Assembly (NCBI RefSeq): GCF_006345805.1
Contig: NC_043001.1
Location: forward strand, 124,992,001-125,056,000
Length of the DNA stretch: 64,000 bases
Source: Octopus sinensis
Lineage: Eukaryota
Direction of reading: 5' to 3'
Position numbers and translations under genes: made by a program. Positions 23,170 to 36,708 of the stretch are shown here, in pieces; the first letter of the stretch is position 1; each line of letters opens with the position of its first letter. The notes beneath the pieces were generated by a model that saw nothing but the letters and a program-made list of their open reading frames with translations, had not been told where the DNA came from and did no database searches.

Positions 23170-24699
23170 CAACAACAACAATTGAGGAACGGCCTCAATA
23201 GGCCATTCGACCCACTAGAAAGAGCAGCCAGGACTCAAACCGCCAAGTAGTAGTAATTCAGAAATTAAAGGAAAATTAAAAAACATTTACCCTATTCATC
23301 ATATATATATATATATATAATTTTCTACGTTTTCACATTGTCAAAGACTTTGTTTGTTTTGAATCTATATTACAACATCGCTTAATTCCTTCCTCGTAAC
23401 GGTTTTGAAATTTCATATACTATCTGTTGATTTTTCGGCCATAGTAATGAGATTTTTGCAAGCGAGAGTTGTCAACAAACATATTATTGTAATTGCATGC
23501 AATAACAAGCTTTCGTATTTTCAGTTTATGATGTGACAACTACACTCTAAACACACACCGTATTTCAGTGACCTAAACTATATTTTATATCTTCTTAAGC
23601 GGTATTATTCTCAAAAGACAATGTTGATTCCTTATATATATATACGGGTATATAGTTTCACTCTAGCGTGTCTAAATTTATAAAGTAATATTTTCATTCT
23701 CTATAATAGAAAAAATGTGTTGCCTTAATTAATTTCAAAGTAATCGACATGTTTACTGTTAAATTTTTCCCGTGTCCACAATTTAAATTAACCTTTTATC
23801 AATTACTTGTCAAAACGGTCCCCCTACAACCACCACACACAGAGGTGTGGGGGAAGAACCAGTTTACCATTATATATTCCATGGTACTCTGACAATTTCC
23901 GCCACTTCCTTCACGGGTGATGAATTATCTTATGCTGGATGCTAGGAAATCAACATTGCTACTTCCGGCTCAAGAGAATGTGGTATACTTTGACTAAATG
24001 CAGACGGCCATTCTGAATAAGAACAGGTTTGTTCACGTTGCATTTCACGTACTAACTAGAAAGACATTTCTGCAATCTTCTTTGGGGACATCATTTTGAC
24101 TGTACTTCATCTATTACAGTCTGAAAATGGACACGCTGTAAAACCAAATATCTAAGTTTTCTTGTTGAAGTACCAGACTTAACTGGACAACACTTACTCT
24201 CACTTTTTTTTAGCCTTCAGTCATATTTTAGATAGCATCAACAATATATCACGATCATTGTTTTAACGTCCACTTTTTCATGCTTGCATGGGTTGGAGGG
24301 AATCTGTCAAGGTGGATTTTCTATGTCTAGATGCCCTCCCTGTCACCAACCCTCACCCGTTTCCAAATAAGGTAATATTTCCCCATGGCCAGACATGCTT
24401 TCACAGAATATTGGAACCAAAGGACACCACTTGCATAACAGTGATGCTCATTTACAACAGACATGATGTCAAAACACAGAAGTGTTGTCAAAACAATGAC
24501 CTCACATGAATCTTTTTACACATGCCACGTAAATCAGTTGTGGGCAAACTGTGGGTCCCATGGGACTTTCTGAATGGTACACCAATGAAAATCACCTTGA
24601 ATGTTTTAGTAGTGCAGCCTGCCTGATGGTGAACCATGTCACATGTGGCCCACTTCTCTAGAAAGGTTACTCATACCTGCTGTACATGTTACTAGATAT

Positions 24700-25090
24700 A
24701 GGCGCAGGAGTGGCTGTATGGTAAGTAGCTGGTTTACCAACCACATGGTTCTGGGTTCAGTCCCACTGCGTGGCACCTTGGGCAAGTGTCTTCTACTATA
24801 GCCTCGGACCGACCAAAGCCTTGTGAGTGGATTTGGTAGACAGAAACTGAAAAAAGCCCGTCGTATATATGTATATATATGCGTGTGTGTGTCTGTGTTT
24901 GTCCCCCTAGCATTGCTTGACAACCGATGCTGGTGTGTTTATGTCCCCGTTACTTAGTGGTTCGGCAAAAGAGACCGATAGAATAAGTACTGGGCTTACA
25001 AAAGAATAAGTCCCAGGGTCGAGTTGCTCGATTAAAAAGGCGGTGCTCCAGCATGGCCGCAGTCAAATGACTGAAACAAGTAAAAGAGTA
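24700..25090 (+). mobile_element. SINE family A (intron 1)
   Basis: Homology. Confidence 0.9.
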
Positions 25091-27720
25091 TGGTTCTTGC
25101 TCTATATATATTTATCATTTAATGTCTATCTTCTATTCTGGAATGGATTGAATTGTTTAACAGAAGCCAGCAAGTAGGAGAGCTGTACCAGGCTCCATTC
25201 TCTGCTTTGGCATGGTTTCTGTGGTTGGATGCCCTTGCAAATATCAACCACTTTACAGAATGTACCGGGTGCTTTTTATGTGACACCAACACCAGCAGGG
25301 GTGCTAAATAACTTACAAGACAAAGACGTCTCGGCTGAGGGAATGGTACCAAAGGAAATGACTTTGTACCAGATGAGAGATCAAACTATTATAGAGAGAT
25401 AGACTGATGTTTTACTATGCCGGAGATCCTTGGCTACTCCTGTAGGAAAAGGAGAGGAAGGAGAGATAGTTAGAAAAAAATATGGACACTTAGTGAGAGA
25501 GAAATAGATGGTGTTGGAAATGCATCAAGACTTACCCACATGGAACAGTGGGGGGTGGGGTAATATGAGTGGCACATGGGAGGGATAGAGGGGGATATTT
25601 CATAAGAGTCTGAGGGGAGATGTTTAGAGATGAGAAAGAGGTAACTAGCTAGTGATGGTTAGAGAAATTGGAGTCATGGGTGTGTGTGTGTATGATGTGT
25701 GTTTATTTGCATGTATGTATAAACAATTTATGTTAGCTGGCATTATTTACCATTCACATAGACAAATGTTCATTAGGAATTATTTTACAGTTATTAGTAG
25801 AAGCTTTCTTTTTATGTATTTTATTATTTTTTTTTTACCTCTAATTTCTCTAATGGGTCAAAGTGAATAATAAGAAAAATAATTTTGGAGTTTGAACCTA
25901 AACCATTAAGCAGGCCAGACATTTAGAATTTTAATGGTTCATTTGAATAATGGAATAACTATGGTGCATTGTAGAATCAACAGTCGTTGAGGAAATCAAT
26001 GGATTTTAGAGTGGCTATTATTTGTGTAATATTTTTACTATTATATTTTGCTGACTTTTATTCACTCATCATTGTTAATGTCTGTGCATCACAGGGTAGT
26101 TGTAAAGTAGTGCTGCTGTCCATACACCCAGTGCCATCTGTGTCCAGTCTGCCTTGAAAATGTATCCAGCCATGTAGAAATGCTCCCTTACTTGGAAACA
26201 AGTGAGGGTTGGCATCAGGAAGGACTTCTGACTGTAGAAAATCTGTAATGAATTCCGTCCAGCCCATTTATGCATGGAACAGTGGATGTTAGAACTTACG
26301 ATATATATCATGTTTTACATGCTAGTGTAGGTTATACAAATTGTCGCAGTCTAATTCAGTTCTTATTTTGAGGTAGTACCCTCCTAGACAAGTCAGAGAA
26401 CCCTGTTTGCTTATATTTGTACATTCTATTTTCAACATAGTCTCTATGGCTGGATACTTTTCCTAACCCCAAACTGCTTTATAGTGTATACTATATAAAT
26501 ACATACACGTCTGTATTTGTGTGTACTTATCTATTATTATTTAACTGTATATTATTGTCACACAACTAAATATATCCTTTTGTCACCCTGTCCAATCCTT
26601 TGTACCACTTATATTCACCTCTGTACATTTAGGATCCAATACATCCTCAACACTTTTTCTCTCTCTTTCCTTTCTCTCTCTTTTCCAACTGGAGTAGCCA
26701 AGTATCTCCAGTACAGCAAGACACCTGTTTCTATCACTCTATCATACTTTAACCTCTCATCACCTACATCATCATCTAGCTGTAGAAGCTGTACCGAAGC
26801 AAACAGTAGAGCTTTGTGCAGTCCTCTGGCTCGACAGCTCCTGTCAAACTGTCCATCCCTTACCAACATGGAAAAACAGATTCCTCATGGCTATACATGT
26901 TTTCACAGAAGACCGGAAACAAATAACATTGCTTGTATGATAGCGATGCTCATTCACCATCATCACATGGTATCAAGATAAGGGTCCAAACACACACAAA
27001 CACATACACACACTTGATTCCTCTCACTTGTAAATCTAAGGTTTTCATGTTTATGATCAGGGAAATCCATCATTTAGATGATGAGCATTCAGTTGTCTGA
27101 TCAACCGATCCACATACTTGTTAAATTATTATAAATCTAAGTGGTTGTGTATTCCACAAATATGTGTTCCTTTATGTGATAAGGCTGGGTTTTTTTTAAA
27201 TCCAGATCCAATCCATCCCATGGACTTCCACACAATTTCCATCCATGTGCCCAATTTCATTCACAAGACTTAGTCCTACTTGGAGTTATGGTAAAAATGA
27301 GTTCAAACTTGGGACTTCAAGATATAATATAAACTTCTTAGCCACTTGGTTTGTGAAAAAAAAACAACTTAATCTAAAACTAAGATAGTATTCAAACAAT
27401 TTGATAAAAACCTGTTTAATTATACCAATTATATTCTGGCTGAGTACAACACCCTCTGAAATGTTAATGTGATAGAGATGTCATATTAAATGTCATTAGT
27501 ATACAGATCTGGTACATTTCATAGCAGTACTATAATTTGAGTTGGTTTTTAATATGACTAATCTATGTTTAACCCTTTGACTGCAAAATTTAATTTCATA
27601 GTTATTCCAGCACTGATGTAGGCGTTTTCTGCAAGTCACTTTGCCTGAATAAACTTGACACTGCAACAAAAAAACAGTTTCAAACTTGATAATCCTTAAC
27701 ACAAGATAGTGGTATATTAA

Positions 27721-27941
27721 CCCTTTTGTTACTGTATATATTTTGAGATGCTCTGTGTTTCTTTCAATTACTTTAAATATACCAAAGAATTTAATAAAAT
27801 AACTTAGTTATCATTCAGCTGGTGTTAGGAACTTAAATTGTGACTAAGGTTTGGTGGAAGATTTTAATTCAAAACTTATGGAAACAAGACATTTGTATTC
27901 AGAGCCAGAACCAGTTTCAGCCAGGTTGGTAATGAAAGGGT
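27721..27941. mobile_element. piggyBac-like MITE (TTAA-CCCTTT...AAAGGG)
   Basis: Short TIRs with a TTAA left flank. Confidence 0.5.
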
Positions 27942-27986
27942 TGAGCTGCTTTCAGCAGTTAAGGGTAATGAAATTTTGAATAGTTA

Positions 27987-28866
27987 CAAGGTGCGTTCAA
28001 AAAGTATCCAACTTTATTTTTTCCCACAAAAGCTAATACTGCTTGAGGAAAATCCTTTGGGCAGGGGTTGACACTACCCTTCTTGTGCTTGTGTGAAGAT
28101 TTTTGTACCGGTAGGCCATGTCAGTTCCCAGCTGTTATGCCTAGAGTTCAGAGGTGTAGTGCATGCTCATCAGATTTTTGTTTTCATTCAAGATGACCAA
28201 ACACACCAAGCAGAGCTCATCACCGGTGATGATGGTTTCATGAAGTTTAGGTCATGGTTTGCACAGTCCATTATGTCCTGAGAGATTTCTATGCAGAGTT
28301 GCTTCTGCTGCTCCGTCAGTAGCTTGAGGACAAATTTCACTGACATTTCTCATATGCACAAACCCACTGGTAAAATAGAATGCACTGATCCTGTGCTTAT
28401 TCCCACTTCATGAGCAATTTCCTAGATTGTCATATGACAGTCTTCCGTGACTATTCATCAAACCTTCTCAATTGGCTCCTTGTTTTGGTTTGTGGTTGGC
28501 CTGCCAGAGCATACCTCACTCTCCATTGAGATGCAGCCATGTTTTGAGCAGTTGTACAACTTCTTAATCTGAGTTTTGTCCATAGCATATTCACCAAAGG
28601 CCTGCTGAGTCTTCTGGATGGTTTGAACTTGAATATCACCAAACGTTTGACAAAACTTGATGCATTCAGTGGAAACAAAAATCTGACAGGCGCACTCTAC
28701 ATGTCTATACTCTATGCATAACTTTCGGGAACTGATATGGCCAACCGGCATGAAAATTTCTATGTATGCACAGGAAGGGTGTTGTCACCTCCCATCCAAA
28801 GGTTTTGCTCATATGGCTTAGTTTAGCAGGAAAAAATAAAATCAGATACTTTTTGAATGCACCTCA
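27987..28866 (-). mobile_element. Non-autonomous mariner derivative with long inverted ends
   Basis: TA TSDs at 27985-86 and 28867-68; TIR (C)AAGGTGCGTTCAAAAAGTATC. Minus-strand IKFCQTFGD...QQAFGEYAM...SGRPTT and ITGDE, with the catalytic part absent. Confidence 0.85.
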
Positions 28867-30068
28867 TATATCTGATTTCTGCTGTAAAGTGTTAACTAAC
28901 TCCAAAAGCAGTCAAAATGTAACTATTGAAAAGCAGTTAAGGCGATAAATCAAAGAAATTAACTTGTTATTACTTGTCAAATGTGGTTTTTAAAATATCC
29001 ACTATCTAGATTGTCTTAGCTTTTGTTCTTTTCCATGTATCATGATTGTAGGTGCCATTGGTCAAGGAGCTTCTCTCCCTTCTGTTCCACACAATATATT
29101 ATCAAACATATCTTTGTAAGGAGATAGTCAATGGTCTTCTGGTAAGGCCATTGAGTATCTTCTCTCTCTGCTTTCATATGAAGAACATCTGTCAGGTATG
29201 GTTGACCATGCATCTGCATGTATATATACAAGCCAGGATAGGATTTTTTTGAAGGAAACTTAGACTTTCACATGCCTGCAAGTTGCCCCTCTCCATGTTA
29301 TCAATATTTATCTAAGGGGAAAGATTGCCAACTTGGGCTGATAAACTTGGCAAGTGTGACTACAGAAATAGCTTTCAGAATCCAAAGAGCTGGATCAGAT
29401 ACCCCAAGAATTCTTTGTTTGCCATCTAACAATCCTGCCAGTCCACTGCTTTGGATTTTTATCAGCTTTGAGAGGATAAAAAGCAAAGTTCAGCATCACT
29501 GTCATATAAGTTATAGTGTTTGTTTCCTATCTTCTATGGTGTTATATTACTTTGCTTGGAAACAAGTGAAGGATGATGACAGGAATGGTATCCAACCATA
29601 GAAAATCTGCCTCAATAAATACCATCTGGCCCAAGCAATGACAACAATAATGATGATGGTTGCTGTCGATTTATGTAGTAAATGTCAGAGTAGAGAGGCA
29701 AGCTTCTTGTAAAACATGTTGGAACTATTTTGTGTCACTTAAACTGATAATGCCTTTTGAGAATAGCATAATCATATAACTTCATGACTAATTAAGATAC
29801 AAATTTCAATTTGTTAATCACCTAGAAGTCAAACCATCTAAATTGAGCTACCCTAAAATAACTGCTAATTTATTTAAACTTAGCCCTACCTGGACTAACA
29901 TTATCTTTTTGTTGAAATCTGGTTTTAGTTAATTCCAAAAGTTTCTATGAATTTATCAGCATATTTAATATCACAAATATTACGTCTGTTAAATGTTTTC
30001 AAGATATTTTTGTGTTGATATTTGCTTATAATTAATGAATGTTTTTTTATTTTTTATATTGTTTGAAG

Positions 30069-30781
30069 GCTGTCTGAAGGTCATTCAGAGGAGCACCACA
30101 GCAGCAACCGCGATTCTGTTGGAGACACCCGCTCCAGTAGTTGTGGATCGTGTGATGATCATACCATGGATGCTGTATCCTGCGGGAGTGATGCCAGTGA
30201 CTGCTTGCAACCAATTACCATGGAGACAAACCCAATCTTCCAGCACTCTCCTGACAGTGGGACATTTGGGAGCCTAAGGGATGCTGACTTACACATGGCT
30301 CCCTCCGAACTGCAAGAACTGCATCAGCGAAACAAGGATGCACTCTTGCAGCATGAGATTAACATGAACTTGAACCATGGCTTACAATGCATAGATATGA
30401 GCATTGATCAGCATGATATGCATGGTCTTGAAGAAAACGATAACCTTGTGTCTGTTGCCCGGACCCATCTTGATGATAAGCTCAGTGAACAGATTGGCAA
30501 CGGTATTTCAAATGTGGAGTTATTAAAAGCTTGTAAATTAGATTTCCAGCAGAAACTTGACCCCCATTCTTTATCCCTTCCTGTACCCATTCAGAACAGT
30601 GAGCGTAAGAAGCGGCACTGTTCTGTTGAAGACCCTTCATTGGATGCACTTAGTTCCGCTGATAGTGATCTCTCACGTAGCTTACCTCATGGCACCATTG
30701 TACAAAAAGGAGATATGATTGAGTTTATCGCTGACAATTTGGTGGAAAAAATTAAAAGGAGCAGCTCCCTCTCAATGGCAG
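30069..30781 (+). CDS. BORCS6: BORCS6 coding exon 2
   Basis: Polypyrimidine tract and GAAG acceptor ending at 30068. The frame is open upstream of the ORF-track Met at 30166 (LSEGHSEEHH...). It ends with GTIVQKGDMIEFIADNLVEKIKRSS, a block I recognise from invertebrate lyspersins. Donor G|GTAATA at 30782, phase 1. Confidence 0.9.
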
Positions 30782-30927
30782 GTAATATACAAGATGGTTT
30801 GGGGAAGAAAACCCCCTAATTATTTTGATTTTTTTTTTTTTTTTTTTTTTTTCATGTTTCATTGCAACATTTCATTTAGTGTCACATTTTTCACATTCTA
30901 CCTATCATAATAATTGTATAGATTATT

Positions 30928-31115
30928 GTGCTGGTGGCACGTAAAAAGCACCCACTACACTCACGGAGTGGTTGGCGTTAGGAAGGGCATCCAGCCGTAG
31001 AAACATTGCCAGATCAGACTCGGCCTGGTGCAGCCTTCTGGCTTCCCAGACCCCAGTTGAACCGTCCAACCCATGCTAGCATGGAAAGCAGACGCTAAAC
31101 GATGATGATGATGAT
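30928..31115 (+). mobile_element. Retroposon family C ((GAT)n-tailed, RTE-type 3' end)
   Basis: GGTTGGCGTTAGGAAGGGCATCCAGC...CCCATGCTAGCATGGAAA...AAAC(GAT)n. Further + copies at 32728-33002, 33075-33290, 37319-37500 and 53710-54030. Confidence 0.85.
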
Positions 31116-34100
31116 TTAATGAAACATGAGCTTACTAACTCATAGCACCCTCTAATCACACCCTACCATCTTAGAAAACTAAGACACATTAGATAATGTG
31201 ATATTGGATTCACTGTGTGTGTGTGTGTGCATATATATATTGGATTCACTGTGTGTGTGTGCATATATATATGCACACACACACACACACATGCATCAAT
31301 CTTCGTTTTAATGTCCAGTTTTCCATGCTTGCATGGATTAGGCAGAGTTCATTGAAACAGATTTTCTACAGCCAAGTGCTCTTTTAGTTGCCAACTCTCA
31401 CCTGTTTCCAAGCAGGGTAATGGGGACACACATGCACACATAAGTTCCGTCATAGCTGCATGTTTAAAAAGTTTACTTCCCCACTATGTGATTTTGGATT
31501 CAGTTCTGTTGAGCAGCTCTTTAAGCAAGTGTCTTCAACTGTAACTCCAGGCTGACCTATACCTTGTAAGTGAATTTGGTAGAGAGTAACCTGTGCAAAG
31601 CCTATCATACATAAGATTGTGTATGTATGTGTATATGAATGTGTGTGCCAGTGTTTATATTATGTATTGTAGATCATGTGATGATCATACTATGGAAGTA
31701 TCAGGACAATTCCCCTAACAACCGCTACCCCCTTGGTTAATTACCCCCTCTCCAATATATTAAGAAGTTTTAATTGTCCATGGGGGATAGATGTCCTAGA
31801 CTCACTATGGATGTGGAAGTGACATTACTGACTGCTTGCAGACAACCCAAATCTTCCAGCCCTCAGTAGGACATTTAGTATATGTAGCATACAGTGTAAG
31901 CATGTAGTGTAAATGTTTAAACATCATCACTATCTTTCCAAATTCTGTTGCATTCAACATGCAGAATTTGGTCCTCCAATGTCCTCCTTTTTTGGTTGTA
32001 AATTTTGGTCTGAAAAATTCGACTTGTATGCCAGAAATTACAATAATCAAAAGAAAGGCAGTGCCTATGACTTATGACAGGTTTTTCATTACCAGTGAGA
32101 AAACAAAGAAAAAAGAACTCCCACAGTAAGAAGCAGCACATAAGTCATCTACCCTGAGCCAAGATACTTTAACCGTACAGTTGTCACAGAAATGAACTTA
32201 TGTTATGGTTATGCTTGAAAGCAAGAATAGAGGAAGTTATTTTGAGTAGACTCATTTATTTCAATTTATGTTTTACATCCATTTTTTCATGCTGACATGG
32301 GTTTGACAAATATTTTATCAAGACATGTTTTACAGCCAGATGCCCTTCCTGTTGCTAACCCTTTTGCTGCTTTTCAAGTACGGGATCTCTTACTATATCT
32401 ACAAGGCACAAAATAAAAGTGTAAACATATCCAGGCAAGCACAGGTGCCCACACATTCAAACATGTGTATATATATATGACCGGCTTCTTTCAGTTTTGA
32501 TCTACCAACTCCAATCAGAAGCTTTAGTCAGCCTGAGCTATAGTAGAACACACTTCCCCAAAGTGTTGTGCTACAGGACTGAACCTGAAACCAGGGGGTT
32601 GCAAAGCAAACCTCTCAACCACACAGTCATGACTTGTCTGCCATTCTTCAAACATTTATAGTCTGGAAATTATTTTTTTATTCTGTTTGTGTACTTGTGT
32701 GTGTGTGAGATCACATTTTCAATAAATTGTAGCGCCGCCTTGACTGGCCTCTGTGCCGGTGGGACGTTAAAAGCACCAACCGATTGTGGCCACTGCCAGA
32801 CTCCCCTGGCACCTGTGCCGGTGGCATGTAAAAAGCACCCACTACACTCGTGGAGTGGTTGGCTTTAGGAAGGGCATCCAGCTGTAGAAACACTGCCAGA
32901 TCAGACTGGAGCCTGGTGCAGCCCCCTGGCTTCCCAGACCCCAGTTGAACCGTCCAACCCATGCTAGCATGGAGAACGGACGTTAAACGATGATGATGAT
33001 GTTCCTGGTTGTTAACTTTCAATCTTCTTTATCTATATATGCACTAAATTTAAATTGGTATATATAACCGTGGCTGTTACCAGTACCGCCTGGCTGGCCC
33101 TTGTGCTGGCGGCACGTAAAAGCACCCACTACACTCTCGGAGTGGTTGGCATTAGGAAGGGCATCCAGCTGTAGAAACTCTGCCAGATCAGATTGGAGTC
33201 TGGTGCAGCCATTTGGTCCACCAGACCTCAGTCAAATCGTCCGACCCATGCTAGCATGGAAAGCAGGTGTTAAGCGATGATGATGATGATCTTCTGACAC
33301 CATTATTTTACAAATATGCATGAGCGCCATCATTAATGTTATTGGTATGAAGGACGAAGAACATTGAAAAACTGTGGCTCTTCACCAAGAAAACGTATAT
33401 AACTGTGAACATCTTTGATAGCAAAACTTTTTAAACATCATGGGGTTGTATTAGCTTCTCAGCCATCAGGAAGGCTCTCTCCCCATGAAGTTTAACATGC
33501 AAATACAAAAATTTCCACTGTGTGGTAACAATAAAGACTGTATAGAATAGATGAAAATTTTTAGTCAAACATGGACAGCCTCTCAAGTGCTGATGGCGTG
33601 GTAAAAATTTACACAGTCCATTTAACATACTATTTGGCTGCTATTGTTGGTTTCTAGTATATAAAGCCCATCTAGTATATCTGCTCAAAAACTATTAATT
33701 TAGGACAAGAAGTTCTCTTCACTAATTACACCCTGAAGTTCATCTCGTATCCAACTGTGCAGTATACTCCATCCTGCTTACGTACATAACAGAGACAACC
33801 CTCTATTCCAAGACATCCAGGTGTAAAAACCATACAGTAGTAATTTGTTGTTTCAATGTTCTATACCCTATAGCACCCTAGCTAACCAGTGCTTTGTAGG
33901 TGAATTTGGTAGGTGGAAACTATAGGAAGCTTGTCATGTGTATGTATCATATGTGTGTGTGCAAATGTGCATGAATGCTAATATTGCATGGCTTCACTTG
34001 TCACCACCTGAGTGAAATTACAATGATGCTGACATTCCTTGTTAACTTTAGAACTCAACTGGTCACCGTGTGCTTTCAAAGACATGTGAAATAAAAGAAA

Positions 34101-34726
34101 TCCTTTAACTGAAAAACGGGTAAATATTAGCAACAGGAAAAGCATCCAGCCATAAAATCCTGCCACATTTAAGTCCCTGTCCAACCTATTCTAGCATGGA
34201 AAAACATTAAACAAATGAACAACTAGTGCATCTAATGTAAATCAACCAATTGAAATCCATTCTTCTCCATGGGGCCGGATTTGAACTTTGGTTACTAACA
34301 AATTACATTTCAACTATACTGTACTTTCACTATCAACAGTGGGAGCACTATTTCTCATAGTATCTTCTTACATCAACTTGTTTTAGAAATTAAATGTGTG
34401 TAGAGGATTAAACTAGATAAATAGAATAGAAATCTGCATGTTAAATAAAGCAAAAATATGTCTGGGTTTGTCTCTTGTGCTTCCCAAGAATATTTATACA
34501 TGTGTGTGGTGTGTATGTATACATGCACTTAATTACATGCCTACATAGTACAAGAAAATTGCTTCTGTACTATAGCTGGACAGGTGTGTGTGTGTGTGCG
34601 TGCATGTGTGTACACTTTTACTCACCCCTTAACTTCAGGATCCACCCAGGAACTTCAACACCATTATTTTTTATCTAATCTTCACTCCATCCCCAATCAC
34701 CTCCACCTTCTAAAATGTGAGTAACC

Positions 34727-34962
34727 TATTTCTTTATTACCCACAAGGGGCTAAACACAGAGGAGACAAACAAGGACAGACATAGGTATTAAGTTGATTT
34801 CATTGACCCCAGTGCGTAACTGGTACTTAATTTATCGACCCTGAAAGGATGAAAGGCAAAGTCGACCTCGGCGGAATTTGAACTCAGAACATAGCGGCAG
34901 ACGAAATACCGCTAAGCATTTCGCCCGGCGTGCTAACGTTTCTGCCAGCTCGCCTCCTTTAC
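34727..34962 (-). mobile_element. SINE family B
   Basis: 18-bp TSD TCTAAAATGTGAGTAACC at 34709 and 34963. Older diverged copies at about 41060-41265, 43715-44035, 55805-56200 and 62140-62500. Confidence 0.9.
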
Positions 34963-35914
34963 TCTAAAATGTGAGTAACCATTTAGATCCTCTACAGCAA
35001 GAATCCATTTCTGCTCTGGTCCTGTCCTTTCCCCCATACTGTAGCCCCCTGATCTCCTAGCGTAAAGCATCTTCTCCTTGCATGGTGGCCTCACAAGTGC
35101 TAGTGGCACAGAAAAAAAAAAGCATCCCGGAAGGGCATCCAACCAAGGAAACTACGTCAAAGACAATGGTGCAGAGTGCAGTCAGATCCTCTTTAATCAC
35201 CCAACTCATTCCAGCATGGAACATAGGTATTAAATAGTGATAATGGTAATGATATATATACACACACACACACAATGTATTTATGTGTATATGTGTGTTT
35301 ACTCACTCAAACACAATATATATGTGTGTCAGATTAGTCTGAGTGTTTCTGGTTAGATGTATTTCAGCACAACTTATTATTTAGTCTTTTATGACTAAAC
35401 TAGTATCCCCACCTTCGAAAAAAGGAGGAGGGTTGCTAGAAATGTAGCAAGACAAAAACAAAATCTATCAAAACAACAGATGAATCCAACATATACTGTA
35501 GCAATATGCATATCATCATCATCATCATCATCGTTTAACGTCCGTTTTCCATGCTAGCATGGGTTGGACGGTTCAACTGGGGTCTGGAAAGCTAGAAGGC
35601 TGCGCCAGGCCCAGTCTGATCTGGCAGTGTTTCTACAGATGGATGCCCTTCCGTAGGAACTAAGAAATACTCCAGTTGATAAAACAGCAAGCTGTGAGAC
35701 TACTTTGGAAGTGATTGACCTCTAATTCTTGTTAGCACATCACAGAGGGTGGGGATAAGGTTCCTTAGCTGTGGTGGAGGTAACCTATATACATTACTAC
35801 AGGTATGTCCATGGCAAAGGAAATAGACTTTGAGAGAAAAATAAGCTTTCGTGATCAACTTTAGGCCCTTTAGCATTTAAACTATAACCATATCCTGTCA
35901 ATATATTCTACAGG

Positions 35915-36310
35915 AAAGTTTACGAAAATAAACAAAAGACGAAGGCAGGTGGAGTACAAGCAAACAAATGTATTAGTATAGCGCTCTGGAGTAGAAATAG
36001 AAAAAGTCTTTTACGTTTCGAGCCTACGCTCTTCGACAGAAAGATACACAGAAAAAAACAAGGAGAGAAAAAAATGCGTGTAGGAGCTAACGATCTATCA
36101 TGATGTCCTGACTTCGGACAGTGGTCAGACGTGAGAAGGACAGTAGGGGAGATAACGGTCAAGTGACTTCCAATACGAAGGTGCGTGTGTATGTATAAGA
36201 GAGTATGTATGTGCGTGTGAAAGAGGGCTGGTGGTCTGGACGTGGGGATGGGTGTGTGGGTGGTCTGTTTATGATATTCAAATTAACCAGATGTGGCCTC
36301 TTGCACCTAC
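35915..36310 (-). mobile_element. Penelope-like pLTR remnant
   Basis: Contains the hammerhead-like motif at 36007-36044 and is nested in a piggyBac-like MITE. Confidence 0.55.
36007..36044 (-). ncRNA. Minimal hammerhead-like motif (A6U core variant)
   Basis: Minus strand TCTTT-CTGTCGA-A-GAGC[GTAG]GCTC-GAA-ACGT-A-AAAGA. Confidence 0.55.
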
Positions 36311-36324
36311 CCTACAGTATCAAT

Positions 36325-36708
36325 AGTGGAGGTGCAATGGCCCAGTGGTTAGGGCAGCGGACTCGCGGTCGTAGGATCGCGGTTTCGATTCCCAGACCGG
36401 GCGTTGTGAGTGTTTATTGAGCGAAAACACCTAAAGCTCCATGAGGCTCCGGCAGGGATGGTGGTGATCCTTGCTGTACTCTTTCACCACAACTTTCTCT
36501 CACTCTTACTTCCTGTTTCTGTTGTACCTGTATTTCAAAGGGCCGGCCTTGTCACTCTCTGTGTCACGCTGAATATCCCCGAGAACTACGTTAAGGGTAC
36601 ACGAGTCTGTGGAGTGCTCAGCCACTTACACATTAAATTCACGAGCAGGCTGTTCCGTTGATCGGATCAACCGGAACCCTCGTCGTCGTAACCAACGGAG
36701 TGCTTCCA
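36325..36708 (+). mobile_element. SINE family R copy
   Basis: Near-identical to 4251-4636. Confidence 0.9.

Noticed and set aside
30166-30819. 217-aa single-exon gene starting at Met 30166
   Set aside because: It is exon 2 of BORCS6. The frame is open upstream to an acceptor, and a donor at 30782 precedes the stop.
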